Below, piece by piece: positions 51,650-64,000 of a DNA stretch of 64,000 nt. Origin of the DNA: Negaprion brevirostris (lineage: Eukaryota); the NCBI GenBank assembly GCA_030324005.1, contig JARDVH010000115.1, positions 19,494,176 to 19,558,175 of the forward strand, in the 5' to 3' direction. The notes under the pieces were generated by a model. That model saw only the letters and a list, made by a program, of their open reading frames with translations, was not told the origin of the DNA and searched no databases. The position numbers and the translations under genes are program-made. How positions within the stretch are numbered: position 1 is the stretch's first letter; each line of letters opens with the position of its first letter.

Positions 51650-52330
51650 AGAGTAATAGAGTTTTGCAGCATGGAAAAAGACCCTTTGGCCCAACACGTC
51701 CTCACTAGTCATCAAGCACCTATCTATTCTAATCCCACTTTCCTGCACTTGGTCCTTGGCTTTGTATGAAATGGCGTTTCAAGTGTTCATCTAAATGCTT
51801 CTTCAATGTTGAGAGGGTTCCCACCTCCACCACTCTTTCAGGCAGTGAGTTCCACATTCCCACCACCCACTGGATGAAAAATTGTTTCCTCATATCTCCT
51901 ATAAATCTTCTGCCCCTTACCTCAAATTTATGCCCCCTGGCTATTGAACCCTTTACTAAGGAGAAAGGTTTCTTCCTTCCACTCTATCTATACCCCTCGT
52001 AATTTTACACACATCAATTAGGTTCCCCTCAACCTTCTCTGCTTCAAAGAAAACAATCCCAGCCTATCCAATATCTACTGAAAGCTGAAACATTCCTGCC
52101 CAGGCAACATCCTGATGAATCTCCTCTGCACCTTCTCTGGTGCAATCAGTTCCTTCCTATAGTGTGGCAAGTAGAACCGCACACAGTACTCCACCTGTGT
52201 TTTATACAGCTCCATCAAACCCTCCCTGCTCTTATATTCAATGTGTCAGTTAATAATGCAAGTATCCCAAATGCCTTTTTAACCATGTTATCTGTTCTGC
52301 TGTCTAGAGACCTATGGACTTGCACACAAG
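51650..52330 (-). mobile_element. CR1-like LINE 3' fragment
   Basis: Same family as 47885-48600 and 5750-6500. Confidence 0.75.
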
Positions 52331-52454
52331 TTAGCAGGAACTAAGTTTGTTCAGTCCCCACATGTGGAAATTCAAAGGCAATTTCAAGCTTTAGGGCAAA
52401 ATTTATTTATATATTAGGCACACCCTAACACAGAATATGGGAACAAAGTTTTAC

Positions 52455-52559
52455 CTGCACCAGTAACAACAGGTTGGTGTCTGGTAGTGGAGACTTTAGC
52501 TTCAGTGCTTGTAACAATTCCAATACAACACTCCGAGAGAGGTAGAATTTGTCTCGTTC
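52455..52559 (-). CDS. UNC79: UNC79 exon (ERDKFYLSRSVVLELLQALKLKSPLPDTNLLLLVQ)
   Basis: cttttcag acceptor, gtaaaa donor; 105 nt; matches the vertebrate UNC79 segment as I recall it. Confidence 0.95.
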
Positions 52560-54426
52560 CTGAAAAGTACAAACACAAAGTATGAGGAAATTGTTGGAGG
52601 GAATGAACTAACTGAGTCCTCTGAGGCCATGTAAAATTTCAACAAAAACGGCTTTATTCAACATACATGAGGAACAGCAGAACTCACGGCTATAACTCCA
52701 GCTTGCTTCCAAGCTACTCTGCTAATCATGTATATTCTTATACTTTTGCGTGTTACAAAGTGCTACATTTCGATTAGGTCATCAGATTGTTACTTTAAAT
52801 TTGTTAAAGTTCTGTTTCCATCTCATTATACTGATCCATTGTGCTGTGTGCTTTAGCTTTAATCATTTTCTGGACATCTCCTGTCTACCCATTTACAATA
52901 TCAAAGCACTGTTTGTCAAACTGATTTTGATGGTATGTTAATTGTTCCCAATTCCATGATGCTTGATTAGCTCTCCAGAGGCACAACAGCTCCTCTAGCC
53001 ATTGCAGAGCCTTGATAAGATATCAATTCTCTTATTGTTGCTATTACCTCGAAAAGATCTCATTTAGTGCTGTCTGAGATATGATAATTTGTCATGTCTG
53101 CCCATGGTGAGTGGGAATATTATAGTCAGGCTGCCCGTTTAACCCTTTCCATCCATTTCTCTCCTGCTGCAGCCCACAACCCCTGGTCTTGTGCATGAGT
53201 TGCAAAAACCCAGCCTGCAGGTGCAACAGGTGGTCAGGAAGGCTNNNNNNNNNNNNNNNNNNNNNNNNNNNNNNNNNNNNNNNNNNNNNNNNNNNNNNNN
53301 NNNNNNNNNNNNNNNNNNNNNNNNNNNNNNNNNNNNNNNNNNNNNNNNNNNNNNNNNNNNNNNNNNNNNNNNNNNNNNNNNNNNNNNNNNNNNNNNNNNN
53401 NNNNNNNNNNNNNNNNNNNNNNNNNNNNNNNNNNNNNNNNNNNNNNNNNNNNNNNNNNNNNNNNNNNNNNNNNNNNNNNNNNNNNNNNNNNNNNNNNNNN
53501 NNNNNNNNNNNNNNNNNNNNNNNNNNNNNNNNNNNNNNNNNNNNNNNNNNNNNNNNNNNNNNNNNNNNNNNNNNNNNNNNNNNNNNNNNNNNNNNNNNNN
53601 NNNNNNNNNNNNNNNNNNNNNNNNNNNNNNNNNNNNNNNNNNNNNNNNNNNNNNNNNNNNNNNNNNNNNNNNNNNNNNNNNNNNNNNNNNNNNNNNNNNN
53701 NNNNNNNNNNNNNNNNNNNNNNNNNNNNNNNNNNNNNNNNNNNNNNNNNNNNNNNNNNNNNNNNNNNNNNNNNNNNNNNNNNNNNNNNNNNNNNNNNNNN
53801 NNNNNNNNNNNNNNNNNNNNNNNNNNNNNNNNNNNNNNNNNNNNNNNNNNNNNNNNNNNNNNNNNNNNNNNNNNNNNNNNNNNNNNNNNNNNNNNNNNNN
53901 NNNNNNNNNNNNNNNNNNNNNNNNNNNNNNAGGCAGACTCAAACAGACAACTGCCTGCTATTTCTCTCTGTAAACCTGGTTTTTCCCATTAGCAGATGAT
54001 GCTCTTTTGTCAATCAACCTAATTAGCCATACTTTGAAACCCCAAGGGATAATCCAAAAAACAAACAAAACTGAATGAACTCAAATTAAAACTGACAGCC
54101 CAAAAACAATTATGGATCAATTATGCTTCTACAGTCTCAGCATGTGGGTTGCCTTGAGCAGACAAACTGGCAACGTAATCAGAGCTGAAGTTTAAAACAT
54201 TCCCTTCACAAGAAATATGATACATTTCTTAAAGACACAGAGTCATCGTATGAGAAACAGATTCATATCTGACATGCCCTTTGTGAAGTTGTGCTGTATG
54301 GCATGCAGTTAGAGAATTTAACTGCATCCGTGATTGCTAGCCCATGTTCGCGCAGGGCTTCAAATACATAAGAAGACCTAGTATCAATCATTTTCATTGA
54401 AGATGAAAACTGTGGCCCAATTTTAC

Positions 54427-54537
54427 CTTATTGAATGCTCGATGACACAATCCACACAATTCAACAAGGTACATAAGGCTGAAGACTCCATTCTGAATCA
54501 CAAAGCTCAGCAATTTGGAAAATGGCTCCAAAAGGCT
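54427..54537 (-). CDS. UNC79: UNC79 exon (SLLEPFSKLLSFVIQNGVFSLMYLVELCGLCHRAFNK)
   Basis: gattatag acceptor, gtaaaa donor; 111 nt, phase 0. Confidence 0.93.
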
Positions 54538-55858
54538 CTATAATCAAAGATAATGGAAAAAAAGAGAGTAAGACACCAAATTCCCTATGAAGCAAAATAC
54601 AATGGGGGATGGAGGGAGGGCTAACCCATTGAAGTGGACAAACTTTAGAACGGACTAAAATCATCTACGGTTAGAAGGAACTAAATTCAGATCACAATGA
54701 GTCTCATAGCTTGCATGAAGCCCCAATTAATTTATGTCAGATTAAATTAGTATGAAAGTAACAGAAAGTAAATTTCCTGTTGTGAAACCAATACTGAAAT
54801 GTGAAATGTGCCTACCTAATCCTCAGTCATGCTGGTTCACATTAGTGCTTCCCTCACCTAAACACTCAGAAGCAATCAACTCAGTGCTGATTTTGTGCCA
54901 CTGTTTATAAGCGAGGATCTGTAAGCAATATATCCAGAAGTGTGTGGGTCTGTTTCGTAACATTCTCTGCAAAAAGCACCAATCTAACTTGTTGAAACTT
55001 ATACTGCGAAGTGTCAGACTTGTCCCGGCATTTTTTCACACAGTGGGTATAATTTTCCATTTTTGTGACTAAATGCCTAGCTGGATGGGTTCTATGATGA
55101 AGTTCCTGCTGGACAATGTGGTGGGAAACCACACCTAATTTCACACTTGGAAACTCAGCTGTTATTTATGGATGAGTTTCTCTGAGTGTCTCTTTGAATC
55201 ACGTGGTAGACTGGGGACTGACTCACCCACCTAGCTGTTATCTAATGAGGTCAAAGGTCTGGGCACCATATTAAAACGCCACCCTCATTCTCTCCAGCCC
55301 ACTCTGAGCAGAAGCTGTATTGAAATGGCTGTGGCAAAGAAGAGAGCTGCTCCAACGTTTAACAATGATCCCCTGGAGGTGTTTATCAAGGGTGTGTTGC
55401 GGCCATCACCAGGAATTCATCTAACCCAGGGATAGCTTGAAGAAACCTGGACCCATAACTGTTGCTACTCCAATGTCCATTGTAGACTCACACCTCCCCA
55501 TCTCGAGGTTGTGTGCACAGTCCCGTAAATTAAGGAAAATGCATTGCATAAAACCGACGATACAAAAATATGAGAAAAACACTGCACAGATAATACATAT
55601 GAAACAAAGTACATGATTTATAGATTTTATTGTTTTTAAAACATCTTGGCCCAAGAATAAAATCTATAAATCAATACCTAATGCAAAATGGCAAATGCCA
55701 AAGAATGAAAGGAAAACTTAAGAGAGAGAAAACAGGAATAAATGATTGAAAAGTAGTTTTAAAACAACGTGTTTCCCTGCCAAGGAAAGAAAATCTGGTA
55801 ACAAAAGATCAAAGGTTTAAAAGGTTTTAAGAAGCCACATTAGCACTAGCTTACTTAC

Positions 55859-55927
55859 TCGTGTTGCACTTGTGGTAGGTATCTTGAGAAGACAGATCAT
55901 GATTGCTAAACTAGAATCCAAGCAGCA
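55859..55927 (-). CDS. UNC79: UNC79 exon (CCLDSSLAIMICLLKIPTTSATR)
   Basis: tttgtacgcag acceptor, gtaagt donor; 69 nt, phase 0. Confidence 0.92.
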
Positions 55928-56704
55928 CTGCGTACAAAATAGAAGTTATCACTACTTGACATGTATTTGGGTATTTATTTTCTCCATAACTGGTGAACAC
56001 ACATTGAAATTTTGACATTCTTGATCTATCATGACATATAAAATCAGTCTATTTCCAACATTTCAGGAATATTTCAATCCCATTCACTTTTGGTCCTCTG
56101 TCTGACTCTTGAAATATCCCGTGAATTAAGGATAAGTAATCTGTCCAGACATTTGCAAAGTTATTTCACCAAACACAAAGTGGAATATATACCTCATTGA
56201 ATGAAATGTTACAGGGCTTTTGAGGGCATAATAACTTCATTCTGCTAAACACACTCACTGGCCCTGCAAAGCTAACTTTATTTCATGGAATGTCAAATAT
56301 CTTAATTATGATTAAAAACAATCCATATATTTTGTCAATAATATCATAAGTTTGTGTATCGTTATTTTAGCTTCTATCATAATCATTCATCTTGCTATCA
56401 AGAAATTTAAATTAAAAATGATAGGATTCAGTGTCTTTAATCTCTTCGTTTGTTTTCTGTGAGAATGTTTCAATGTGATTAGCTTCTTACCCTTTTTGCT
56501 TATATCACTGCTACCGGATACCTGGAGATTCTTTTTATTTGGCATCAAATTTAAACTGCAGGTGGAAACAGGAAACCCATGCCACAGAGATCGCGAGACC
56601 TTTGTTGACAGTCTTCTTTGAGGTCAGTGACAAATGCCATTGCTGCGCTACTGACCCTAAATCCTTAACTTTCAATCAAGTTTCAGACTCAATCCAAGTA
56701 CATC

Positions 56705-57740
56705 AACATAGTAACTAGTGGGATGCCACAGGGATTGGTGCTGGAACCCCAGCAATTCATAATATATATTAATGATTTGAATGAGAGAACAAAATGTAAC
56801 ATCTCAAAGTTTGCAGATGATACCAAATTGGGTAGGAGGGTGAACTGTGAACAGGATACAGAAGTCCTCCAGAATGATCTGGTCAGACTGGGCAAGTGGG
56901 CAAATCAATGGCAGATGCAGTATAATTTGGATAAATGTGAGGTTATTCACTTCGGAAGCAAAAACAAGAAGACAGATGACTACCTGAATGGCTTAAGTTG
57001 GGAGAGGGGAATGTGCAGTGGGACCTGGGTGTCCTTGTGCACCAGTCAATGAAGGTAAGCATGCAGGTGCAGCAGGCAATAAAGAAGACAAATGGCACGT
57101 TGGCCTTCATTGCGAGAGATTTGGAGTACTGGAGCAGGGATGTGTTGTTGCAATTATACAGGGTCTTGTGAGGCCACACCTGGAGTAATGTGTGCAGTTT
57201 TGGTCCCTTTTTCAGAGGAAAGAGGTTCTTGCTCTTGATAGAATGCTGTGAAGGTTTACCAGGCTGATTCCAGGGATGGCGGGGCTGATGTATGAGGAGA
57301 GATTGACTAGATTAGGATTGTTTTCGCTGGAGTTCAGACGAATGAGGGGGGAATCTCATAAAGACTTATGAAAGTCTAATAGGAGACAAGACAGGGTAGG
57401 TGCAGGGAGGGAATTCTTGATGGCGGGGGAATCCAGAACCAGGAGTCACAGTCTGAGGATTCAGGGTAGACCATTTAGAACGACATTGAGGAGACATTTC
57501 TTCACCCAAAGAGCAGTAAGCCTGTGGAGTTCATTACCACAGGAAGTAGTTGATGGCAAGCCATTGAAAGTATTCAAGAGGCAACTGGATGTCGCACTTG
57601 GGGCAAATGGGATCAAAGGTTATGGGGAAAAAGCAGTATTAAGCTATTGAGTTGGATGATCAGCCATGATCATAATGAATGATGGACTAGGCTCAAAGGG
57701 CCAAGTGGCCTCCTCCTGCTCCTGTCTTCTATGTTTCTAT
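56705..57740 (+). mobile_element. CR1-like LINE RT and 3' end
   Basis: PQGLVLEPQQFIIYINDL...SKFADDTKLG; ttctatgtttctatg tail. Confidence 0.92.
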
Positions 57741-58403
57741 GACATCATAGGTAGATGTAAATGACCCAATATGGTCCATGTTTTGAGGCTCTTATCTTTT
57801 CATCTCTTTTCAGACACTGCAGGGTTCCCACTAGTGGGAACCAGGCCAACAATTTCTCCCAAACCCCTATCACAGCGGTTCTTGAGCCATGCAATCATGC
57901 TGCCTAATAGCGGTCTAGGTGGCATGTCCTGTGATCTTCTTCTCCTTTCCTATGGACAGTTTCTCCTTTCATGGCAAATTTGATGACAAGATCTCAGTGC
58001 TTAAGGAAACATAGTTTAGCAGAGTAGGATTCTACTCGACTCCATCTTGCTTATTCTAAAGATCAGTTCCTTTCAAGGAATGATTTTATACAGGCCTAAT
58101 TTTTGGATTTTTATGCAGAACCAGTTTTGTTTACAAGTTTAATTCTCATAATCTTCCCCATTCTTTCGAATAATTATCCTACTCATTTTAAAATAGTCTA
58201 CTCAATTTGTTGTCAACTGCTATTTGTGACAAAACATTCCACATGAACTGCAACTCTGCACTGGAACTTTATATTTTAGTGGTAACCAGCTCAATGCAAA
58301 GTTAGATTTGTAATATAAACATGAAGAAAAATGTCATTCTTCGTTTGGCGTATTTATTCATCTAAATATCCAAATGGCAGTAGATCAGTAAATTCTTCCT
58401 TAC

Positions 58404-58577
58404 CTTCAGTGGTAGTATGCAAGGCAATTTGGTCAAAAAGGTTTGAAACTGATTGCATATTGTAGTCCACAGATTGCTCGGTAAATCCATCGGCAGAGCC
58501 TCCATGTAAGTGGCAATGTTGTCTAAACAACGAAGCATAGCTCCTCCTGCTGGCAAGCTCTTCTTATTATTTAAACC
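58404..58577 (-). CDS. UNC79: UNC79 exon (GLNNKKSLPAGGAMLRCLDNIATYMEALP...LPCILPLK)
   Basis: acgcag acceptor, gtaagg donor; 174 nt; within ORF 58362..58586. Confidence 0.94.
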
Positions 58578-58742
58578 CTGCGTCACATTTGTATCACAAA
58601 CATTGCATGTAATTTTGCACCATGCTAATCATTAATTTAACAGTTTTCACACTTGTAATTGCTGATATTATTTCTATCACAGGACATTAAAAATTGACTA
58701 ACTTGGGTATAACCTGCAATTTACTTCTGAAATCCACAGTAC

Positions 58743-58828
58743 CTCTAGTAGTTGATTCAATGCTGCCACCGAACTCAGCTCATTGAAGTCCATCAAAGAG
58801 GAGGCCAAAGTTCGAAGGAAGCTTCCAT
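58743..58828 (-). CDS. UNC79: UNC79 exon (DGSFLRTLASSLMDFNELSSVAALNQLLE)
   Basis: catcag acceptor, gtactg donor; 86 nt, phase 1 to 0, consistent with neighbours. Confidence 0.93.
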
Positions 58829-58947
58829 CTGATGTCAAAACAAAACTTCTATTTCAAAATATATTTCTTACTTCAGGAAACATTTGAGGTGTTGGTATTC
58901 AGTGTCAAAACACTTGTGTATCAAGTTAATGTTGTAAAGTACCATAC

Positions 58948-59060
58948 CTTTAATGTTGCTTTGGAATAGTTGCGGAAGTATACCATTGGGAGCAAGCTGG
59001 TGAAAAATGCAGCGTAAAAACTGCTTTGCCACTCCAGCAGCATTGCCAGGAATCATCATG
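58948..59060 (-). CDS. UNC79: UNC79 coding exon, most 5' found in window (MMIPGNAAGVAKQFLRCIFHQLAPNGILPQLFQSNIK)
   Basis: ttttcaag acceptor and gtatgg donor; 113 nt, phase 2 to 1; joins the next exon in frame; recognised as UNC79 C-terminal region. Confidence 0.93.
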
Positions 59061-61459
59061 CTTGAAAAAGTGAAAAGGGCAGAATTTTTTTAACAATTAG
59101 TTAAACTTTATTCAAATACACACCACGCATTGTTATCGTTTAGAAATGATGTGGAGACTCAATTTACAAGATAATGACTCACATTCCAAATTGAGTCTCT
59201 GTCTATGTATGCACTGTTTGTGAACACAACTCTTCACCCATCTGAAGAAGGAGCAACACTCCAAAAGCTTGTGCTACCAGATAAATCTGTTGGACCTTAA
59301 CCTGGTGTGGTGAGACTTATTATCATTTAGAAATAAATTGGATAATAGTGCCAGATTTTGGCACACTGGCATAATTTCTAACACAGATTCCAACAGGAAT
59401 CATGAAAGCATGTTACATGAAATCAAAGATCTTAATTTCCCCACAAGAGAACAACACACGCTTACAATGAATCATATAGCTAATGCATTTCCTAGGTTTA
59501 ATCCAGTATCTGTAATAAATTAGCTGATCACAACTGAGTCAACAGAATAAGTGGTGCAAAGGTTTCAACAGGTCTAGAGTAGATACAAAGTATTAAATGC
59601 ATATTAATTAGTTGTTTAACTTTGTGCAATTGGTATTAACTGGGGTTTCACTCAAGTTCGTAGTTATAACAGCAGGCTAAAACTGAGGTGGTTGAATTGG
59701 AGGTGCAAGATATGTAATTTGCATCTCTGTAAATAAAAGGTTACAAGTGTATAAAGTTGTAGGCTCCAGATCTATCCTTAACTACATGACTATCTGAGTT
59801 ATATATTTCTCTTGTTTCTTTCCTGTCTCCCATCATGGTCTCTCTATGCTTACCTTAACAAAAGGCCCACGCCCTGCTCCTTAGCCTCTATTCCCACTAT
59901 CCTACTGAGCAATCAATTTCCCCGCTGGTCCTCATTGTTTGGTGATTTTGTTCAGGGTTGTCTTTCTTCAGATGCTTTTCATCCCTTTAAATCTGTTATC
60001 AAGTTCCCGTCAACTCAGAAAAGCCAACTCTTGACACAAGCTTTGTTGTAAGCTACTGCCCCAACTCCAGCCTCCAATACTCTCTAAAGTCCTTGAATAT
60101 ATGACCATTCAAATCTGTACCTGTCTTTCCTGGAATTCCATGGCCCGAATTGTCAGGGTGGCCACTATCAGCACCTTTCTTAGCCATAACCACCACCAGT
60201 TACATTTTCCTTGTCCTTTTGTTAATGACATCTTTGTCAATCTCACCCACCCCCCCGCAATCCTAACAGGGTGATTATCATCCTATATTCTGTTGTCTTC
60301 AGCTCTGACATTCTATTCTCTCTTCACATATGCTGAACTTTGTCAGCATTTTCTGTTTTCATTCAAATCCTTACCTGCCTTTTCCGGAACTCCATGGTCT
60401 GAATTTTCAGGATTGTGAAAGCACAATCTTTTCTGCACTTGGAAGGAAGTCCCGCCTTGGAGAGTAGTTGGCCAATCAGCCTACCAGGGTACAGTGCTGC
60501 AGTGGCCAGAGGTGGTACTGCAGTGCTACACCTGAGACTAACTACCAGGACTGCACTTCAAATGAATCAGGGGTCCCGGGGAGGGCCTTGAAGGGAGAAG
60601 GAAGGGGGTGATTTCAGTCAGCCAAGAAGGAGGCAATTCTCGTAGGCTGGGAGGGATGAACAGGAGCTACCAGGTCCAACGGGATGGTACCCCCAGTCTG
60701 AAAGGGCCTTGGGATTGAGAACCTCCAAAAAACATTTTTAGTTTCCCACCCTCAGTCATCGAGTGCTATTCTGCCTTAAAATCAAGGCTAGGCAGAAAAT
60801 GGCCCTTAATAGCTCATGTAGTGGCCAAGAGAAACAAGTTCCAATTAGGGAAAAGGCCTGTGTTTAACAGACTTTAAGTGAAGTGCGCTTGGGAGTGGCT
60901 CTGGTAATCAAAGAGTGCTCAGAAGAATCCCTGAAGATTCAAGAAGGCAGCTCAAGGTTGGTAACACAGTGCTATCTGCCATTTGGACAAATGTACCCCA
61001 CCTCCAGTGAGATGGTTAAAGGACCACCATCATTCACAGCTGGATGTGGCAGGATTGCAGAGCTTAGATCTGATCCGTTGGCATCTATTACTTGCTGCTT
61101 ATGCTGGTTGGCGTGCAAGTGTTACAGCTTCACCAGCTGACACATTTTTTAATATGTCTGGTGTTGCGCCAGGCATGCCGTCCTATACTCTTCATTGAAC
61201 CAGGGTTGACCTCCTGGCTTGGTGGTAAAAGATAGCCAGTCAGCTAAATCACTGCCATTTTTGTTATTTCTGGCTGAAACAGCAGCATCTGTGAAAACTA
61301 ACAATCAATGAAGACCAATGATTCTGGAATGTCCCTCACCCGTGGGAATTGAAGACTGAGAAAAGGAATAAAATAAACAGCTAAGGGGTTAAACCAATTT
61401 AGTAAAAGGGATAGCTTTAAGATATAAATACTTTACAACCAACAATGAAAACATAACTG

Positions 61460-62803
61460 AATGCTAGAATTCGTCATCAAAGAAGAAATAGCGTGACACC
61501 TAGAAAAGAGTGGTTTGATCAAGCAGACGCAGCACGGATTTGTGAAGGGGAAGTCGTGCTTAACGAATTTATTGGATTTCTATGAGGATGTGACTAGTGT
61601 GGTAGACAGAGGGGAACCGGTGGAGGTGGTGATTTTAGATTTCCAGAAGGCGTTTGATAAGGTGCCTTATAAAAGGTTGCTGCAAAAGGTTAGGGTGCAC
61701 GGAGTTGGGGGTAAGGTGTTAATGTGGATAGAGGATTGGTTGTCTAATAGGAAGCAGGGAGTTGGAATCAATGGGTGCTATTCTGGTTGGCAGTTGGTGA
61801 CTAGTGGAGTGTCGCGGGGATCGGTGCTGGGGCCTCAAGTGTTTACCATTTATATAGATGATCTGGAGGAGGGGCTGAGTGTAGGGTGACAAAATTTGCT
61901 GATGACACGAAGATGAGTGGAAAAGCAAATTGCGTGGAAGGTGCGGAAAGTCTCCAGAGAGATTTGGATAGGCTGAGTGAGTGGGCGAGGACCTGGCAGA
62001 TGGAGTATAATGTTAGAAAATGTGAGGTTATCCACTTTGGTAGAAATAATAGTAGGAGGGATTATTATTTAAAGGGCGAAAAGCTGCAGCATGCTACGGT
62101 GCAGAGGGACCTGGGGGTCCTTGTGCATGAGTCGCAAAAACCCAGTCTGCAGGTGATCAAGAAGGCGAATGGGATGCTGGCCTTTATAGCGAGGGGGATA
62201 GAATATAAAAGCAGGGAGGTCTTGCTGCAACTGTACAGGGTACTGGTGAGGCTGCAGCTGGAGTACTGTGTGCAGTTTTGGTCACCGCACTTGCAGAAGG
62301 ATATATTGGCCTTGGAGGGAGTGCAGAAGAGGTTCACTAGGCTGATACCAGAGATGAGGGGGTTAGCCTATGAAGAGAGACTAAGTAGACTAGGTCTGTA
62401 CTCGTTGGAGTTCAGAAGGATGAGAGGGGATCTTATAGAGACATACAAGATAACGAAGGGGATGGATAGGGTAGAGGTAGAGAGATTCTTCCTGCTTAGA
62501 AAGGATAGCAGCACTAGAGGACACAGCCTCAAGATAAGGTGGGGGGGGGGGTGCAGTTTAGATCAGAGTTGAGGAGGAACTTCACTCAAAGGGTGGTGAA
62601 CCTCTGGAATTCTCTGCCCGTTGAAGTGGTGAAGGCTACCTCGTTGAATATATTTAAGTCACGGGTAGATAGGTTTTTGATAGGGGAATTGAGGGTTATG
62701 GGGAGAAAGCGGGAAAGTGGAACTGATCCACCATGATCTTATTGAATGGCAGGGCAGGCTTGAAGGGCTAGATGGCCTACTGATCCTATTTCTTATGTTC
62801 TTA
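61460..62803 (+). mobile_element. Relatively young 5'-truncated CR1/HER1-like LINE (frameshifted RT)
   Basis: ORFs 61515..61889 ([25 protein letters not shown]) and 61886..62572 (KFADDTK); ttcttatgttcttatg tail. Confidence 0.95.
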
Positions 62804-64000
62804 TGGATTTGCTTCTTTGGCACTTGGTCTTCTACACACTTACTAATGAAGTCACTTATTGTAGTGGCATACTTGTTCGGGCTGGCCACAGAGTTTTTAA
62901 ATACTGACCAGTCCACTAAGCAGTCCCTCAGGAGGAATTGAATGATTGTGAAAGGGACACCAGTCAAGCGGACTGCTTTGTTCCGGATGTTGGGCTTCCT
63001 GAGTGTTACAGAATTTTTATATAATCTATTTTGCTTATTGCCAGCATGCCAAATCTGGATCTCATCTGAAACCGCTCATACAGTTTAATTTCTATTTACG
63101 ATTATGTACTTTCAGCCTGTTATTTCTAATTAGGTCATAATTGGTGAACTCTGCATTACACCACCCAATCTCAGTCCTTACCAAGCAACTTATTTGCCAA
63201 ATTCTTGTAATTAATTCCATGGGTGTGTGCATTTATTGGCACGTTTATATTAAATGTGTACATATAATACAAATATTTCACTGGTAATAAACCAGGTTTC
63301 CACCTGAGAAACTGTAAGCCACAATTATAAATAGCAAATCAATTAAATTATGACTGCTTGTAGGATCTGGGGCAAGGTGCTGATTCAAAATGTTGGTAGA
63401 ACAAGTAAAATCAGTTCAATGTCCTCTGAGCTTGAGAAGTAAAATTGTACTGATTTACCATTCTGCATTGCCATCTATCACGTTGACATTTTATGCAGTT
63501 AGAATTTGGCTTTGTGTTGGAGAGAATTAAAGAATAGATGGTCTGAGGCTCATATCTTATTTTGCCCAAGGAAAATTAGATTCCGGGGGTGTTTATTAGC
63601 CAGCATCTTAAGTAGGGAAGAGCAGGGAACTGATGACATAAACTTTCATGTCACCTTCTGTGCATACTGTTTTGTATGTCCAAATTGTAACATTTTTCCT
63701 GTGTTTTTAGTGTGCAGTACTGATTTGTTCGGCTTTGACTATTCTAATCTTTGACTTTTTGTGATGCTTGCAAAAGTTAAGCCATTGCACAAACTCGTAC
63801 AACATTTCAAAAATGTCTAGTATTCAGTTTCATGCCTGAAACTCTTAAAGGAATGTAGAGGATTTTGAAAACTTGAATTTTTATAAATAGTTAACTTAAT
63901 TATTTTACTTTTCTTCATTTCCATTTAGCTGTTGTATAATCTCTGAAAATTCTAAAAGTGGATTGATATTTTTGACTCCAAGACTAATGTTTATTGCTCG

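Noticed and set aside
53139-53992. Long ORFs spanning N runs (here and at other gaps)
   Set aside because: Artefacts of translating assembly gaps
54905-55144. 79-aa minus-strand ORF containing QYKFQQ
   Set aside because: Flanking UNC79 exons are already contiguous; no splice support

Overview
Eukaryotic, repeat-rich, gapped draft sequence from a cartilaginous fish (probably a shark), judged from abundant HE1/V-SINEs, CR1/HER1-like LINEs and Penelope-like elements. The right part (27049-59060, minus strand) holds the last 14 coding exons of UNC79, an accessory subunit of the NALCN channel complex. I spliced them by hand into one in-phase reading frame of 567 aa plus stop, ending ...KWLQCTQFKMAQVEIQSSEAASQFYPL*. 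Just downstream on the same strand (~700-25172) is a second multi-exon locus that the ORF track does not resolve. It has a candidate signal-peptide exon pair, a 14-nt microexon, a 678-nt exon of 21-nt tandem repeats (PAGVVPA-like), and several exon-like segments with weak, by-eye resemblance to the mesothelin/otoancorin/stereocilin superfamily. Several of these segments carry stops or frameshifts, and one lies inverted between perfect 75-bp inverted repeats. Penelope-like termini with hammerhead-like CTGA(A/T)GA...GAAA cores recur. No rRNA, true tRNA or CRISPR features were seen. Repeat boundaries are approximate, and repeat and protein family names come from recognition, not database searches.
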